This document shows, piece by piece, positions 8,727 to 18,132 of a stretch of 64,000 nucleotides of DNA. The stretch is from a virus (lineage: Duplodnaviria; Caudoviricetes). Made by a program: the position numbers and the translations under genes. The stretch is taken from positions 1-64,000 of the IMG/VR virus record IMGVR_UViG_2936072512_000001, one strand, 5' to 3'. The notes below the pieces were generated by a model, which had not been told where the DNA came from, did not search any database, and saw nothing but the letters and a program-made list of their open reading frames with translations. Numbering within the stretch: the stretch's first letter is position 1; the number at the start of each line of letters is the position of its first letter.

Positions 8727-9448
8727 ACCCGGACGCCCTTCAGCCGCTCGACCTCCAGGGCCAGCTTGTAGTAGTCCTCGCGCGCCTCGACACTGGTCCG
8801 GTTGCGCGGATACTGGGTGACGACCAGTCCGTCAGCGGGGGCACGGGTGTGGACCTTGTAGTGCCGGACGGCGGTCTTGGCCATGTTCCAGCCGTGCGCC
8901 TTGATGAATTCGATGGTCTCGTTCTTCTCTTTGTCGCCGTCGCGCGGCTCCCAGTTGTTGACGAACACCAGGTACGGCAGGCCGCGAGGCTTGATGACCT
9001 CTTCGATGGTGTTGTACGTCGGCTCGAACCCGAGCGACTCCGGCTCGATGGGCACGATCACCTCGTCGGTGACGGCCAGGACGCGGCGCAGCGCCTCACT
9101 GAAGCTGGAGTCCTCGAACGGGTCCCTGTGGCCAGGGCGCGTGGTGGGTTTCCAACCGGGCGTGTCCACCCACACGTTCTTGATGCCGGGCAGGTCGTGG
9201 AGGCCGTCCAAGTCGTCCAGATCGTCAGGCCCAATCTGGACGAAGTCGAACGGCAACGCCCGGCCGGCCTCGAGGACGTTGTTGGCCCACCAGCCGACTG
9301 AGTCTTGCGGGTCGATGGAGACGACGACGGTCTCTGCTTGTTCACCGGAGGTATCGGCGGTGACGGCGGCGAGGTTGAACGTGGTGGTCGACTTGCCGAT
9401 GCCGCCCTTTTGATTGACGACGGCACGCACCCTGGCTCTGTGGCCCAT
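8723..9448 (-). CDS. parA: ParA family ATPase
   Basis: deviant Walker A NQKGGIGKSTT, IDPQ, VDTP; coupled to parB. Confidence 0.92.
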   Translation of the reverse strand: MGHRARVRAVVNQKGGIGKSTTTFNLAAVTADTSGEQAETVVVSIDPQDSVGWWANNVLEAGRALPFDFVQIGPDDLDDLDGLHDLPGIKNVWVDTPGWKPTTRPGHRDPFEDSSFSEALRRVLAVTDEVIVPIEPESLGFEPTYNTIEEVIKPRGLPYLVFVNNWEPRDGDKEKNETIEFIKAHGWNMAKTAVRHYKVHTRAPADGLVVTQYPRNRTSVEAREDYYKLALEVERLKGVRV

Positions 9449-9574
9449 GGGACAGGCTCCTTCTCCGTATGCTTCCCAGCCACCTGGCTGGTACTTCGGA
9501 CAGGGCACCACTTTGCCAGAGGAGCATGTCGTCTGTGTCGCAATCCCCCGCTGGTGGGAGTGTCGGGTTGCTGG

Positions 9575-10072
9575 CTATGCGTGGGGAATGCCCAGCTCGT
9601 CGAAGTAGTCGTTCAACGCCGTCTCCACCAGCTCCAGCCGGGAGATCTCCTCCTTGTCGCAGGCGGCGGCCAGGCGCTGCTTGGTGTTGCGGTCCAGACG
9701 CACCACCAGCTCGACCCGGGCGAGGCCTTCGCCCCAGGTGCTCGTGCGCCGGCGTGCGGTCGGGTTGACCGGGTCGTCGGGGTGCATCTGCTGGGGGATG
9801 GCGAGGTCGTCGCACAGCTGGTTGATGACGTGCTGGAAGATGTCCTGCGGGCCTTGGCCGGTCTCGGCGATGGCGGCGCTGAGCCGCTGGTCGGTGTCGA
9901 TGGTCAGGGTGAAGGCGCTCTGCAGGAGCTTGGTCCAGCGGGCGGTTCGGGTGCGGGGGGTTGGTCGCGCTTCCGCTACGTTCTCCTGCGGTTCGTTCGG
10001 GTTCGGGCTGGGCTCGCGGCGGGGCATGGTGACGGGACTCCGGTGGGTTGGCCTGGTGGTGCCGGGTCTCAC
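9575..10072 (-). CDS. putative tandem ribbon-helix-helix DNA-binding protein
   Basis: two similar units ending DDLAIP / DELGIP; start uncertain. Confidence 0.55.
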   Translation of the reverse strand: MRPGTTRPTHRSPVTMPRREPSPNPNEPQENVAEARPTPRTRTARWTKLLQSAFTLTIDTDQRLSAAIAETGQGPQDIFQHVINQLCDDLAIPQQMHPDDPVNPTARRRTSTWGEGLARVELVVRLDRNTKQRLAAACDKEEISRLELVETALNDYFDELGIPHA

Positions 10073-10129
10073 GTTATGGCTTCGTCGCGGATTTGTCGCG
10101 CGTGACGCAGAGTCATAGTATCAGTTACC

Positions 10130-10158
10130 TTTACAAACGTCGCTTATAGCTATAGGCT
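10130..10158 (+). promoter_or_regulatory. sigma70/HrdB-like promoter
   Basis: TTTACA-N17-TAGGCT. Confidence 0.5.
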
Positions 10159-10206
10159 GAACCGATCTCGAAATCAAGATGATCTTGAACCCTCCGAGAC
10201 AATACC

Positions 10207-10220
10207 TAGCGGAACCGCTA
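10207..10220. promoter_or_regulatory. TAGCG-N4-CGCTA palindrome
   Basis: CAATACC-TAGCGGAACCGCTA-C just before the start codon. Confidence 0.75.
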
Positions 10221-10224
10221 CTCA

Positions 10225-10965
10225 ATGGAGATGCCCGCCGTGGCCGAAGCCCCTGCCGACAAGACCCTCGACCGCATCCGCAAACTCCTCGCCCAAGCCG
10301 AAGGCACCACCCACGAGCACGAGCGGCAGACCTTCATGGAAGCTGCCCAGAACCTCATGGCCAAGTACGGCATCGAGCGAGCGCACCTCGGAGCGCTTCA
10401 CCCCGAGACCGACAAGCCCGGCCACCGCAACATCACCGCGCCGAACCCCTGGGCCAACGAGCAGATCAACCTCATCTACCACGTCGCCGAGGCGCTGCGC
10501 TGCAAGTGCATCGTCACCGGGACCGGGCGCGGCGGAGTCGAGCCGGGCGTAGCCATCATGGGCTTCGAGTCCGACATGGAACGCGCCGAGATGCTCTACA
10601 CCAGCCTCCTGATCCAGATGTTCCGTGGACTCTTCACGACCCGTGTACCTGCGGGACACCCCAGCCCGAAGAGGTTCCAGCGGGCATTCCTGATTGGCTT
10701 CGCCGACGAGGCCGCCCGACGTATCCGCGAAGCCGAACAGCGCGCCGCGCAGCAGACCCCTACGTCGACCGGCACCAGCACCGACCTGGTCCTCGTCAGC
10801 CGAGCCGAGAAGGTCGAGGCGCTGGCCCGGCAGATGTTCCCCAGGACCCGCAAGTCCAAGCGCTCAGTGGACGGACTCGGCTACCTCGGAGGACAAGAGG
10901 CCGGCCGCCGCGCCGACATCGGCGGGAGCCGCCTCGGCTCTGGCTCGCGGACCGCGCTGTCGTGA
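10225..10965 (+). CDS. DUF2786 domain protein
   Basis: LDRIRKLLAQAE....E...F...AQNLMAKYGI. Confidence 0.8.
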   Translation: MEMPAVAEAPADKTLDRIRKLLAQAEGTTHEHERQTFMEAAQNLMAKYGIERAHLGALHPETDKPGHRNITAPNPWANEQINLIYHVAEALRCKCIVTGTGRGGVEPGVAIMGFESDMERAEMLYTSLLIQMFRGLFTTRVPAGHPSPKRFQRAFLIGFADEAARRIREAEQRAAQQTPTSTGTSTDLVLVSRAEKVEALARQMFPRTRKSKRSVDGLGYLGGQEAGRRADIGGSRLGSGSRTALS

Positions 10966-11405
10966 GCCGTCAGCCAGCGCAGGCGGGGCGGGACGCGCGT
11001 TCCGCCCGGCAGGTCGCCGCCACGATCGAGCACCTCGGCCGCGCCCTGGCCGCGCTCGATCGCGGCAACTGGAAGTCGTTCCGCGCGCACCTGCACGAGC
11101 TCGCCGAGGAGTCGATGCGGGCCGTCAGCGCCTACAACGGCGACAGCTTCCCCGGCGACCACACGGCCTACCGCAAGGCGATCGGCTCCGCCGTACCCAC
11201 CGAATGGGTGCGCATCCTCGCGAACCACCTGGACGAGCTCGTCCGCGAAAGCGGCCCGGTCGCCGACAGCCGCGTCGCGAAGACCATCTACTGCCACGTC
11301 ACCCGCCGCGAGCAGCAGTCGTCCATCCGCGACGGCATCCACGTCTGCCCCGCCTGCGGAACCACCGACCACCTGACCGTCATCCCCAACACCAACCAGG
11401 AGTAG
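10962..11405 (+). CDS. hypothetical protein
   Basis: GTGA overlap; C-terminal CPAC. Confidence 0.6.
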   Translation: MSRQPAQAGRDARSARQVAATIEHLGRALAALDRGNWKSFRAHLHELAEESMRAVSAYNGDSFPGDHTAYRKAIGSAVPTEWVRILANHLDELVRESGPVADSRVAKTIYCHVTRREQQSSIRDGIHVCPACGTTDHLTVIPNTNQE

Positions 11406-11408
11406 GAC

Positions 11409-12014
11409 ATGCCGAACCCGAACCGCCGCCTGATCGCGGTCATCCTCGACCGCTCCGGCAGCATGCTGGCCGTCAAGGACGACACAGAGGGCGGCCTGGC
11501 CGCCTTCCTCGCCGAGCAGCACACCAACCCGGCCGAGACGCTGGTGTCGCTCTACCAGTTCAGCGACTCCCCCGAGATGCTCTACGAGGCGCTGCCGCTA
11601 GCCGACGTCCCCTCGTTCACGCTCCGCCCGAGCGGCATGACGGCGCTGTTCGACGCGATCGGTTTCGGCATCAGCCGCACCACCGAGCACATCGACAGCC
11701 TCCCGGACGATGACCAGCCGGGCGAGGTGACGATCGTCGTCCTCACGGACGGCCAGGAGAACCGCTCGCGCGAGCTGACCACCATCGACAGCGTGCGCAA
11801 GCTCGTCGAGCACCAGACCGGGATCGGCTGGCGCTTCATCTTCCTCGGCGCCGCACCCGACACCTTCACCGTCGCGGGCGGGCTCGGCTTCGACCGGGCC
11901 AGCACCCTCCACTACGGCACCGCGAGCACCAAGGAGACGCTGACCCGCGCCGGGCGGGCCACCTCCACCGGCGAGCGCTTCACCGACGACGACCGCAACG
12001 CCACCCGCCACTAG
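11409..12014 (+). CDS. vWA domain protein
   Basis: MIDAS DRSGSM, TALFDA, LTDGQEN. Confidence 0.88.
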   Translation: MPNPNRRLIAVILDRSGSMLAVKDDTEGGLAAFLAEQHTNPAETLVSLYQFSDSPEMLYEALPLADVPSFTLRPSGMTALFDAIGFGISRTTEHIDSLPDDDQPGEVTIVVLTDGQENRSRELTTIDSVRKLVEHQTGIGWRFIFLGAAPDTFTVAGGLGFDRASTLHYGTASTKETLTRAGRATSTGERFTDDDRNATRH

Positions 12015-12162
12015 CTTCCTGGCTGCGGTGGGCCGTGCCGTCTGCCGCACTTTCGTCTGTAGAACGTCCGCCTTCTCTTGAGGAGCGGGTGGACGCACAA
12101 GTGAAGGTGCGGCTAGGCCTTCGCCTCGCCGCACCCGAAAGCTCCTCGGCCCCCCAAGACCG

Positions 12163-12633
12163 CTAACTATGGTTGTCGTTGCGCTTGTTCCGAGAGATCG
12201 TCACGCACACCGCGACGAGAGCCATGATGAAGAACTGACCGACGATCGCGACGATTGCTACTGTGTCAGGTGTACCCGGGGGGAGCACCTTCAGCGTTCC
12301 AATCGGGCCAAGTACTGCTCCGGTGATACAACCCACGTACGTCATGGTCTGCAACATGGGGCGTGTGTGCACCCCTGGCACTTCCACTTCGGACTTGAGA
12401 TCCTTCGCAGACTTGGTGATCTTCCATTTGGCCGCGTTGGTGGGAGGATCCACTTCCTGCGACCCCGCCTTGCGCTGGATGAGTTCCAGCGCCTTTTTCA
12501 GGACACCACTAGCCACAGCGGCGCCTTCCTCCACGTCGGGTGACCGGCCTACCCGGGATGGTAGGTCTGTTTGAGCCCCCGACGAGGCTTTCCGATCCTC
12601 GCGCCTCTGGCGGACGCGAAGACCCGCATCCAA
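12163..12633 (-). CDS. putative two-TM membrane protein (antisense accessory)
   Basis: two C-terminal hydrophobic helices, lower GC; start uncertain. Confidence 0.55.
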   Translation of the reverse strand: MDAGLRVRQRREDRKASSGAQTDLPSRVGRSPDVEEGAAVASGVLKKALELIQRKAGSQEVDPPTNAAKWKITKSAKDLKSEVEVPGVHTRPMLQTMTYVGCITGAVLGPIGTLKVLPPGTPDTVAIVAIVGQFFIMALVAVCVTISRNKRNDNHS

Positions 12634-13010
12634 GAGTCGAGATCCACTTCCGCTAGGCGGCCAAGCGGGAATGGATCACCACCGATCTGCTCGATCGGCA
12701 GTTCTCGACCAACGGCTCATCAGCGCGCGCCTACATGGCAAGAGCCGTTCGGTGGATGCGGTCGATGAAGATCATCAATTACCTCCTGTCTAGCCGCTTC
12801 AGCAGCTTTCGTGTGACAGAAGCCATGTGTGGTAAAGGGCTTCCGTGCTACGGGACACTACAGCACCTGAGCCGATTACGCACCGTTCTCCGCCGATTTT
12901 TCTGCCGAAAACACGCGCGCACACCACTTAAAGTGTGTCTTTTCTGTGTTCGACCTGGCACAATCGAAGCTTAGGAAGGATCACCAGAGGCAACTGTGGA
13001 GGTACGTGAC

Positions 13011-13250
13011 ATGCCAGAGGCCAAGCCGGCCGACGATCTACCCCCGATCGTCGATCGCATCAATGTCGCTTTGGTCGCTGAAGCCGCTCAAGCACTAGTA
13101 CGGCTGCAGCGAGACACGGGCCTGAAGAAGGTTGACATCGTCAACCGAGGATTGATCTTGTACGAGTTCATTGAGACCGAACTTCGCTCGGGCGGGCGCC
13201 TGATCATCCGGGACGAGAAGGGCAATGATCAGCTCGTCAAGCTCCTCTGA
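13011..13250 (+). CDS. small RHH-like DNA-binding protein
   Basis: RINVAL...L..LQRDTGLKKVDIVNRGL; GGAGG RBS. Confidence 0.6.
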   Translation: MPEAKPADDLPPIVDRINVALVAEAAQALVRLQRDTGLKKVDIVNRGLILYEFIETELRSGGRLIIRDEKGNDQLVKLL

Positions 13251-13457
13251 GAGTTCAGCGCGAGCGAGCAGTTCAGCGTGAATGGGCAAGCGCGTCCGCT
13301 GGCCATGTGCCGGAACGCCACCTGCGTGGTCTTGGAGGGAGGGACACTATGGCGTGAAAACGAGGACGACGGATGCGATCCTCCGCTGGGTCGAAACCGC
13401 TAAGTTCAATTCTCACGGGCACTCATGAGAATCCAGCCCGCCTGCGGGCGCCGAGCT

Positions 13458-14162
13458 TTAACGGAGCATGCCCGCCAGCAGCCCAAGCCAGATCTGATGG
13501 CTGTCGGCATGACGGACGGCGTCGGTGTAGTCGAGAACGGCGACCGGGTCGCCCTCCTCGGGCACCAAGAGCCGTGTGCGGCGGACGAGGTAGAGACCGG
13601 CGACGCCGCACCACTCGTACGAGACCGGGTGGAAGGCGCACGTGTGCTGGACGATGCGGATCTTCTGCGGGGCGTCGCGGCGCCACGTGATCCCTCCGGT
13701 GCCTGACTTGGCGGGCATCGGGTGCACGGACACTTCAGGGCATGACCCGTCGTCCTCGCCCGACCAGGCATCCATCACCACTTCCCACGGAGGCTTGGGG
13801 TCCGGCTCAGGCGTTGGAACCGGCGTCTCGCCCTCCAGCACGCTGGACGTCTCCAGGGCCAGGTGCGGGGCCTGGTCGAGGTAGTACAGCTCCGGGTTGT
13901 CGTCGTAGAAGGCATCCAGCCACTTCTTCAGCTGCGGGACGGACGTGCGATACGAGCGGGCGATCTTGGCCGGATCTCCTCCGTCGCGCAGCAGCTGCAC
14001 GGCCCGCAGTCGTCGTTTCGAGCCGTAGAAGTCGTTGAGAGCCGCACGGAGCTGCTCTTCAGGGACTCCCACTGCTCGCGCAGAGGCCGCGATGGGTTTG
14101 CGATCGAAGATAACTCGCTGCATCGCCTCGCCGATCTGCCCCGGCGGCAATCGGCGGTTCAC
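13458..14162 (-). CDS. HTH-containing hypothetical protein
   Basis: two HTH-like segments (ASARAVGVPEEQL; KIARSYRTSVPQLKKW). Confidence 0.6.
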   Translation of the reverse strand: MNRRLPPGQIGEAMQRVIFDRKPIAASARAVGVPEEQLRAALNDFYGSKRRLRAVQLLRDGGDPAKIARSYRTSVPQLKKWLDAFYDDNPELYYLDQAPHLALETSSVLEGETPVPTPEPDPKPPWEVVMDAWSGEDDGSCPEVSVHPMPAKSGTGGITWRRDAPQKIRIVQHTCAFHPVSYEWCGVAGLYLVRRTRLLVPEEGDPVAVLDYTDAVRHADSHQIWLGLLAGMLR

Positions 14163-14392
14163 GACAGATCCTCGCCGCGCTCGGTGAGCTGCTGGTTGAG
14201 CAGCCCAGCGATCGTGCTCGACAGAGGCTTGCGGTCCCCCGCCCAGGTCTCGTGCCTCGCCTTCCACGAACGGTCGACGTCCCGCCACACGTGCCAGCCT
14301 GGATGTGCGCGCTCCAGCAGCTGGCACATGGAGGCAGCGTGATCCGGGTCGTCGTAGTAGGCGACCGTCTCAGGCTGGAGCGCCTCGCTCAT
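14159..14392 (-). CDS. hypothetical protein
   Basis: coupled overlaps in a minus-strand operon. Confidence 0.6.
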   Translation of the reverse strand: MSEALQPETVAYYDDPDHAASMCQLLERAHPGWHVWRDVDRSWKARHETWAGDRKPLSSTIAGLLNQQLTERGEDLS

Positions 14393-14580
14393 GAGCGGAC
14401 TGCGCCGGTACGAAAGCCGGGCTCCTCGGACGTGTTCACCCACTTGTGCTGGGTGCGCTGGATGGCAAGGTGCTCGTCGGGCTCGTCGTCGAGCTCGTCG
14501 CCACGGGCCCACGCTCCTGGCGTCAGGCCTGCCAGGAGGTAGGAGTCTTCAGGTCCTGCAAAGTAGAGGCGGTCAGCCAT
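14389..14580 (-). CDS. hypothetical protein
   Basis: GGGAG RBS; ATGA overlap. Confidence 0.5.
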   Translation of the reverse strand: MADRLYFAGPEDSYLLAGLTPGAWARGDELDDEPDEHLAIQRTQHKWVNTSEEPGFRTGAVRS

Positions 14581-14629
14581 GGGGTACTCCCGTTCGCGAG
14601 GGGCTTCCACCTGCGACGCTACCTAACTT

Positions 14630-14660
14630 GTTCATAGACGGCTACGTCACGTCTATAGAC
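14630..14660. promoter_or_regulatory. GntR-type operator pair in divergent region
   Basis: GTTCATAGAC and GTCTATAGAC 21 bp apart. Confidence 0.5.
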
Positions 14661-14739
14661 CGTGTCGTTTTGTCCATGAACCGATATCCATGCGTACTTA
14701 GCCAAGGGGGCGCGAGCATGGCCTCCTAGCGTCCTGTCC

Positions 14740-15213
14740 ATGGTCAGCCCCACCTCGCCCGTGCCGCTCTATCGGCAGGTCGCCGACCTCGTACAGGCGC
14801 GGATCGACGCCGGCGAGCTCGTGCCCGGCGACCCCGTGCCGTCCGAGGCGGACCTGGTCGCCGCCTACGGGGTGGCGCGCGGAACGGCACGCAAGGCCAT
14901 CGAGGTCCTGCGCGAGCGCGGCCTGGTCACCACCGAGCAGGGCAAAGGCACCTACGTGGGACCGGCCGGCACGCCGCGGCGGCCGCGCTCACGCGACCGG
15001 TACGCCGCCATCGCCGTCGACCTCGAGGAGCGGGTCACGGCGGGGGAGTGGCGGCCGGATGCGCCGCTGCCGTCCGAGGTGCACCTGGGCGACCACTACG
15101 ACGTGTCGGTGTCGACGATCCGTCGCGCCATCCGGGTGCTGCGCGATCGGGGCCTGTTGATGACGGTTCCGGGCAAGGGCACGTACGTCACCGGCTCCGA
15201 CAGGCCCGCATAA
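14740..15213 (+). CDS. protein with two GntR winged-HTH domains
   Basis: PLYRQVAD..PSEADL...GKGTYV motif occurs twice. Confidence 0.88.
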   Translation: MVSPTSPVPLYRQVADLVQARIDAGELVPGDPVPSEADLVAAYGVARGTARKAIEVLRERGLVTTEQGKGTYVGPAGTPRRPRSRDRYAAIAVDLEERVTAGEWRPDAPLPSEVHLGDHYDVSVSTIRRAIRVLRDRGLLMTVPGKGTYVTGSDRPA

Positions 15214-15241
15214 CGGTATCTGTTACCTCTATAGTGGGGGA

Positions 15242-15718
15242 GTGAGCACTATCCCCGCCCGCGGCCCCGTCCCGCTCAAGACCCAGATCATCGACGACGT
15301 ACGGCGCCGCGTCGCCTCGGGTGAGCTGCAGCCGGGCGACCAGCTTCCCCCCGAGGGGCACTGGGTTCAGCGGTTCGGCGCGTCTCTGCCCACCGTGCGC
15401 AACGCGTTCAAGGTCCTCACCGACGAGGGCCTGGTCTACTCCGAGGGCCGCCGCGGCCGGTTCGTCGGCCCCCGCACCGCCGCCCAGGGCCGCGCCCCGT
15501 TCGCCATCGAGCGCATCGTCGAGGACGTCGTCGACGACATCAGCACCAGCCGTCTGCGGCCAGGGGATCGGCTGCCCAAGGTGGACGAGCTCATGGCCAC
15601 GTACGGGGTTTCCCGCATCACCGTGCTGCGGGCGATCTCCGAGCTGAAGGACGGCGGCTGGATCGTGTCCTCGCCGCCGCTGGGCCTGTTCGTCGCCGAC
15701 GAGCCGCCGATCGGCTAG
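15242..15718 (+). CDS. protein with two GntR winged-HTH domains
   Basis: LQPGDQLPPE and LRPGDRLPKVDEL. Confidence 0.85.
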   Translation: MSTIPARGPVPLKTQIIDDVRRRVASGELQPGDQLPPEGHWVQRFGASLPTVRNAFKVLTDEGLVYSEGRRGRFVGPRTAAQGRAPFAIERIVEDVVDDISTSRLRPGDRLPKVDELMATYGVSRITVLRAISELKDGGWIVSSPPLGLFVADEPPIG

Positions 15719-15966
15719 GAGCGCTCTTCGTCCCGGGCGTCGCGGTAGGCGGCCTGGTACTGCTCCGACCACCCCTTACGGCGCGGACGGTGACGCAGAA
15801 GAGCCGCGACGCCGGCGACGCTGAGTCCCCCGAGCACCGCCACGGCGACGACGGGCGCCGGGTGCTGGTCGCGAAGCGTAGCGACGGCGATTGCGATGAC
15901 GAGCGCGACCGCGCCGACGAACGCTGCTGCCGCGATCACCTGGGACCGGCGTCGGTTTCCTGTCAC
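15715..15966 (-). CDS. small two-TM membrane protein
   Basis: two hydrophobic helices; GGAGAG RBS. Confidence 0.55.
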   Translation of the reverse strand: MTGNRRRSQVIAAAAFVGAVALVIAIAVATLRDQHPAPVVAVAVLGGLSVAGVAALLRHRPRRKGWSEQYQAAYRDARDEERS

Positions 15967-16288
15967 TGCTCTCCCCCTTGGATTTCGGCCCGACAAGGCG
16001 TCGTGGCCCGGTCAAGAGTGCCAGTTACTTTCCGGTAGGTGGCAGGCCCGGATGCCCGATCGTTACGGGTGTTGAGAGGCCTGTGACAGCCTCGGCCGTC
16101 TTGACATTACCGGGATCGGTCATGACCGAATTCGGTAGCAAGCCGGTGCTTGCTTTTCCGGTTGGACCGGTTTACAAATTTCACTCACGGCCCATCTGCA
16201 CCAATTATCGCCCTTTCTTCCCCGCGATGATCTTTTCGTGCGCTTGTGGCCGTCGCGACTGGAACGCCCAGATAGAGAGTTACTCACT

Positions 16289-16786
16289 GTGACCATCAAG
16301 CAACGCTTGTTCGTGCCCGCCCTGGTGGCGGCGCTTCTTCTCGCCTGCGGCGGCGCAGCTTTCGCCGATCCCGCAGAGCCAACGCTGTCCCCGACCCCGA
16401 CGAGCTCGGAGACGGAACCGGCCTCCACCGAAACCCCTGACCCCACGCCGAGTGAGACTCCCAGCGCGACGGCCAGCCCGAGCCTGAGCGCCACGCCCAG
16501 TGCCGCGTCGACCGCCAACCCGGCGACCACCGTCGTGACCACGAAGTCGGAGACCACCGTCACCAACCCGGACGGCTCAACCTCCACCGTGCGCACCGTG
16601 ACCGTGGTCGAGACCGTTACCAACCCGGACGGCACCAAGAGCGTCAAAGAGACCGTGACCAAGACCGTCACCAACCCCAACGGGACCAGGACGATCACCA
16701 CCACGGTCACGCAGTCCACGGTCAAGGTGACCGTCACCACCGCGCCGCCCCCGGCGAGCACTAACGACAACACCGGCGGCTGGTAA
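16289..16786 (+). CDS. secreted Thr/Ser/Pro-rich repeat protein
   Basis: signal peptide ending AFA; 3x VTNP(D/N)G. Confidence 0.75.
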   Translation: MTIKQRLFVPALVAALLLACGGAAFADPAEPTLSPTPTSSETEPASTETPDPTPSETPSATASPSLSATPSAASTANPATTVVTTKSETTVTNPDGSTSTVRTVTVVETVTNPDGTKSVKETVTKTVTNPNGTRTITTTVTQSTVKVTVTTAPPPASTNDNTGGW

Positions 16787-16823
16787 CCGCCCGCACCAGC
16801 CACCAAGCAAGGGGAAGAACCAC

Positions 16824-17090
16824 ATGACTCACCTTCTGCTCGCTGCGGCGACGGCGTCGGCTACGGGAGCGCTGACGACCTACCTCCTCATCCAGATGGA
16901 AACGCCGCTCACACTGGTCACGGCCTGGCTCCTGCTTCCAGCCGCTGGCATCGCGCGCCTGGTCGAGGAGCTGCACGCCAAGCACCAGGAGCACAAGTCG
17001 GCCGCCCGCCGTGCGCAACGGCTCGCCGACCTGATCGCGGTTGTGGAGCGTGCCAGCGTCCAAGCGATGCTGAACCACTCGGCGCGGTGA
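16824..17090 (+). CDS. membrane protein
   Basis: hydrophobic N-terminus; coupled to next gene. Confidence 0.55.
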   Translation: MTHLLLAAATASATGALTTYLLIQMETPLTLVTAWLLLPAAGIARLVEELHAKHQEHKSAARRAQRLADLIAVVERASVQAMLNHSAR

Positions 17091-18079
17091 CCAGGGAGAC
17101 GCTGGAAGCTGTGCGATTCGAGGACCTGGGCATCAGCCCGCCCGCCGAAAACGTCTACCGATATCTGAACGACCGCGGCCCGACCCCCTTGGCGATCCTC
17201 GCCGAGGAGTTCGGGCCTGTGGCCATTAATGCTGTTGAAGAGCTGCGCTCGATCGGTCTGACCATCGGCGATCCCCCTGACGCGCGGCGGCCCGACCATG
17301 CCTTTGCAAGGCTCCTGGCAGAGCGGGCGCACCAGCTGAACGTGGCGCAGCTGGCTGTGGCCGAGATGCAGGAGCGCTACATCGCTTCCCACCGCGAGAC
17401 CTCACCACCGGTGATCGCGATCTCCAGCCGGGAGCAGGCCACCGCTTGCCGGGATGAGCTCACGTTGAGCGCCCGCACCGAGATCCTGCAGTTCATCACC
17501 TGGCCGTTCCACCCGAGCCATGCTCATCCGGCCGACGACGAGCGGCGCATGGAAGCCGACGGTCAGGTACGCGCTCCGCACCAGCGGCTGATCTACGAGC
17601 GGCGCGTGCTGGCAGAGAGCGCCGCCGCTCTGGACGGCATGCGCAAAGCGTTAAACCTTCCCGGGGGAGCGTCCGTTCGCGTCATCGACTTCCTGCCGTA
17701 CAAGCTCGTGATCCGCGACGGCGTGGCAGCGCTGTCATCTCGCTATCCGCGGGGGCATGAGGATCAAGTGTCGGCGCTTCACATCGCCGAGCACAACGTG
17801 CTCGTCACGGCCCACATGATGACGTTCGAGTACTACTGGGAGCGCTCCACTCCGCTGGGTGGCCACCGCAGCAGACACGTCCAACTCAGCGACGAGGAGC
17901 TCAAGCTGCTCGGCATGCTGGTCAACGGGGAGACGCAGGACTTCATGGCTCGGGCTCTCGGCGTGCAGGCCAAGACGGTCTATAACCGGATCACGAAGCT
18001 GTGCAAGCTGGCAGGCATCAAGGGGAACAACCCGATCAAGCTGGCTGTCCACGTCACCAAGAACGGCTGGCTCGACTGA
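17087..18079 (+). CDS. TrmB-like N-terminal HTH / LuxR-type C-terminal HTH regulator
   Basis: LGISPPAENVYRYL; FEYYWERSTP; LSDEELKLL...MARALGVQAKTV. Confidence 0.8.
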   Translation: MTRETLEAVRFEDLGISPPAENVYRYLNDRGPTPLAILAEEFGPVAINAVEELRSIGLTIGDPPDARRPDHAFARLLAERAHQLNVAQLAVAEMQERYIASHRETSPPVIAISSREQATACRDELTLSARTEILQFITWPFHPSHAHPADDERRMEADGQVRAPHQRLIYERRVLAESAAALDGMRKALNLPGGASVRVIDFLPYKLVIRDGVAALSSRYPRGHEDQVSALHIAEHNVLVTAHMMTFEYYWERSTPLGGHRSRHVQLSDEELKLLGMLVNGETQDFMARALGVQAKTVYNRITKLCKLAGIKGNNPIKLAVHVTKNGWLD

Positions 18080-18132
18080 CACCCGATGGGGCGCTCCGGC
18101 CTGACCCCGGGGCTGGGGTGTCTCACCAGGAC

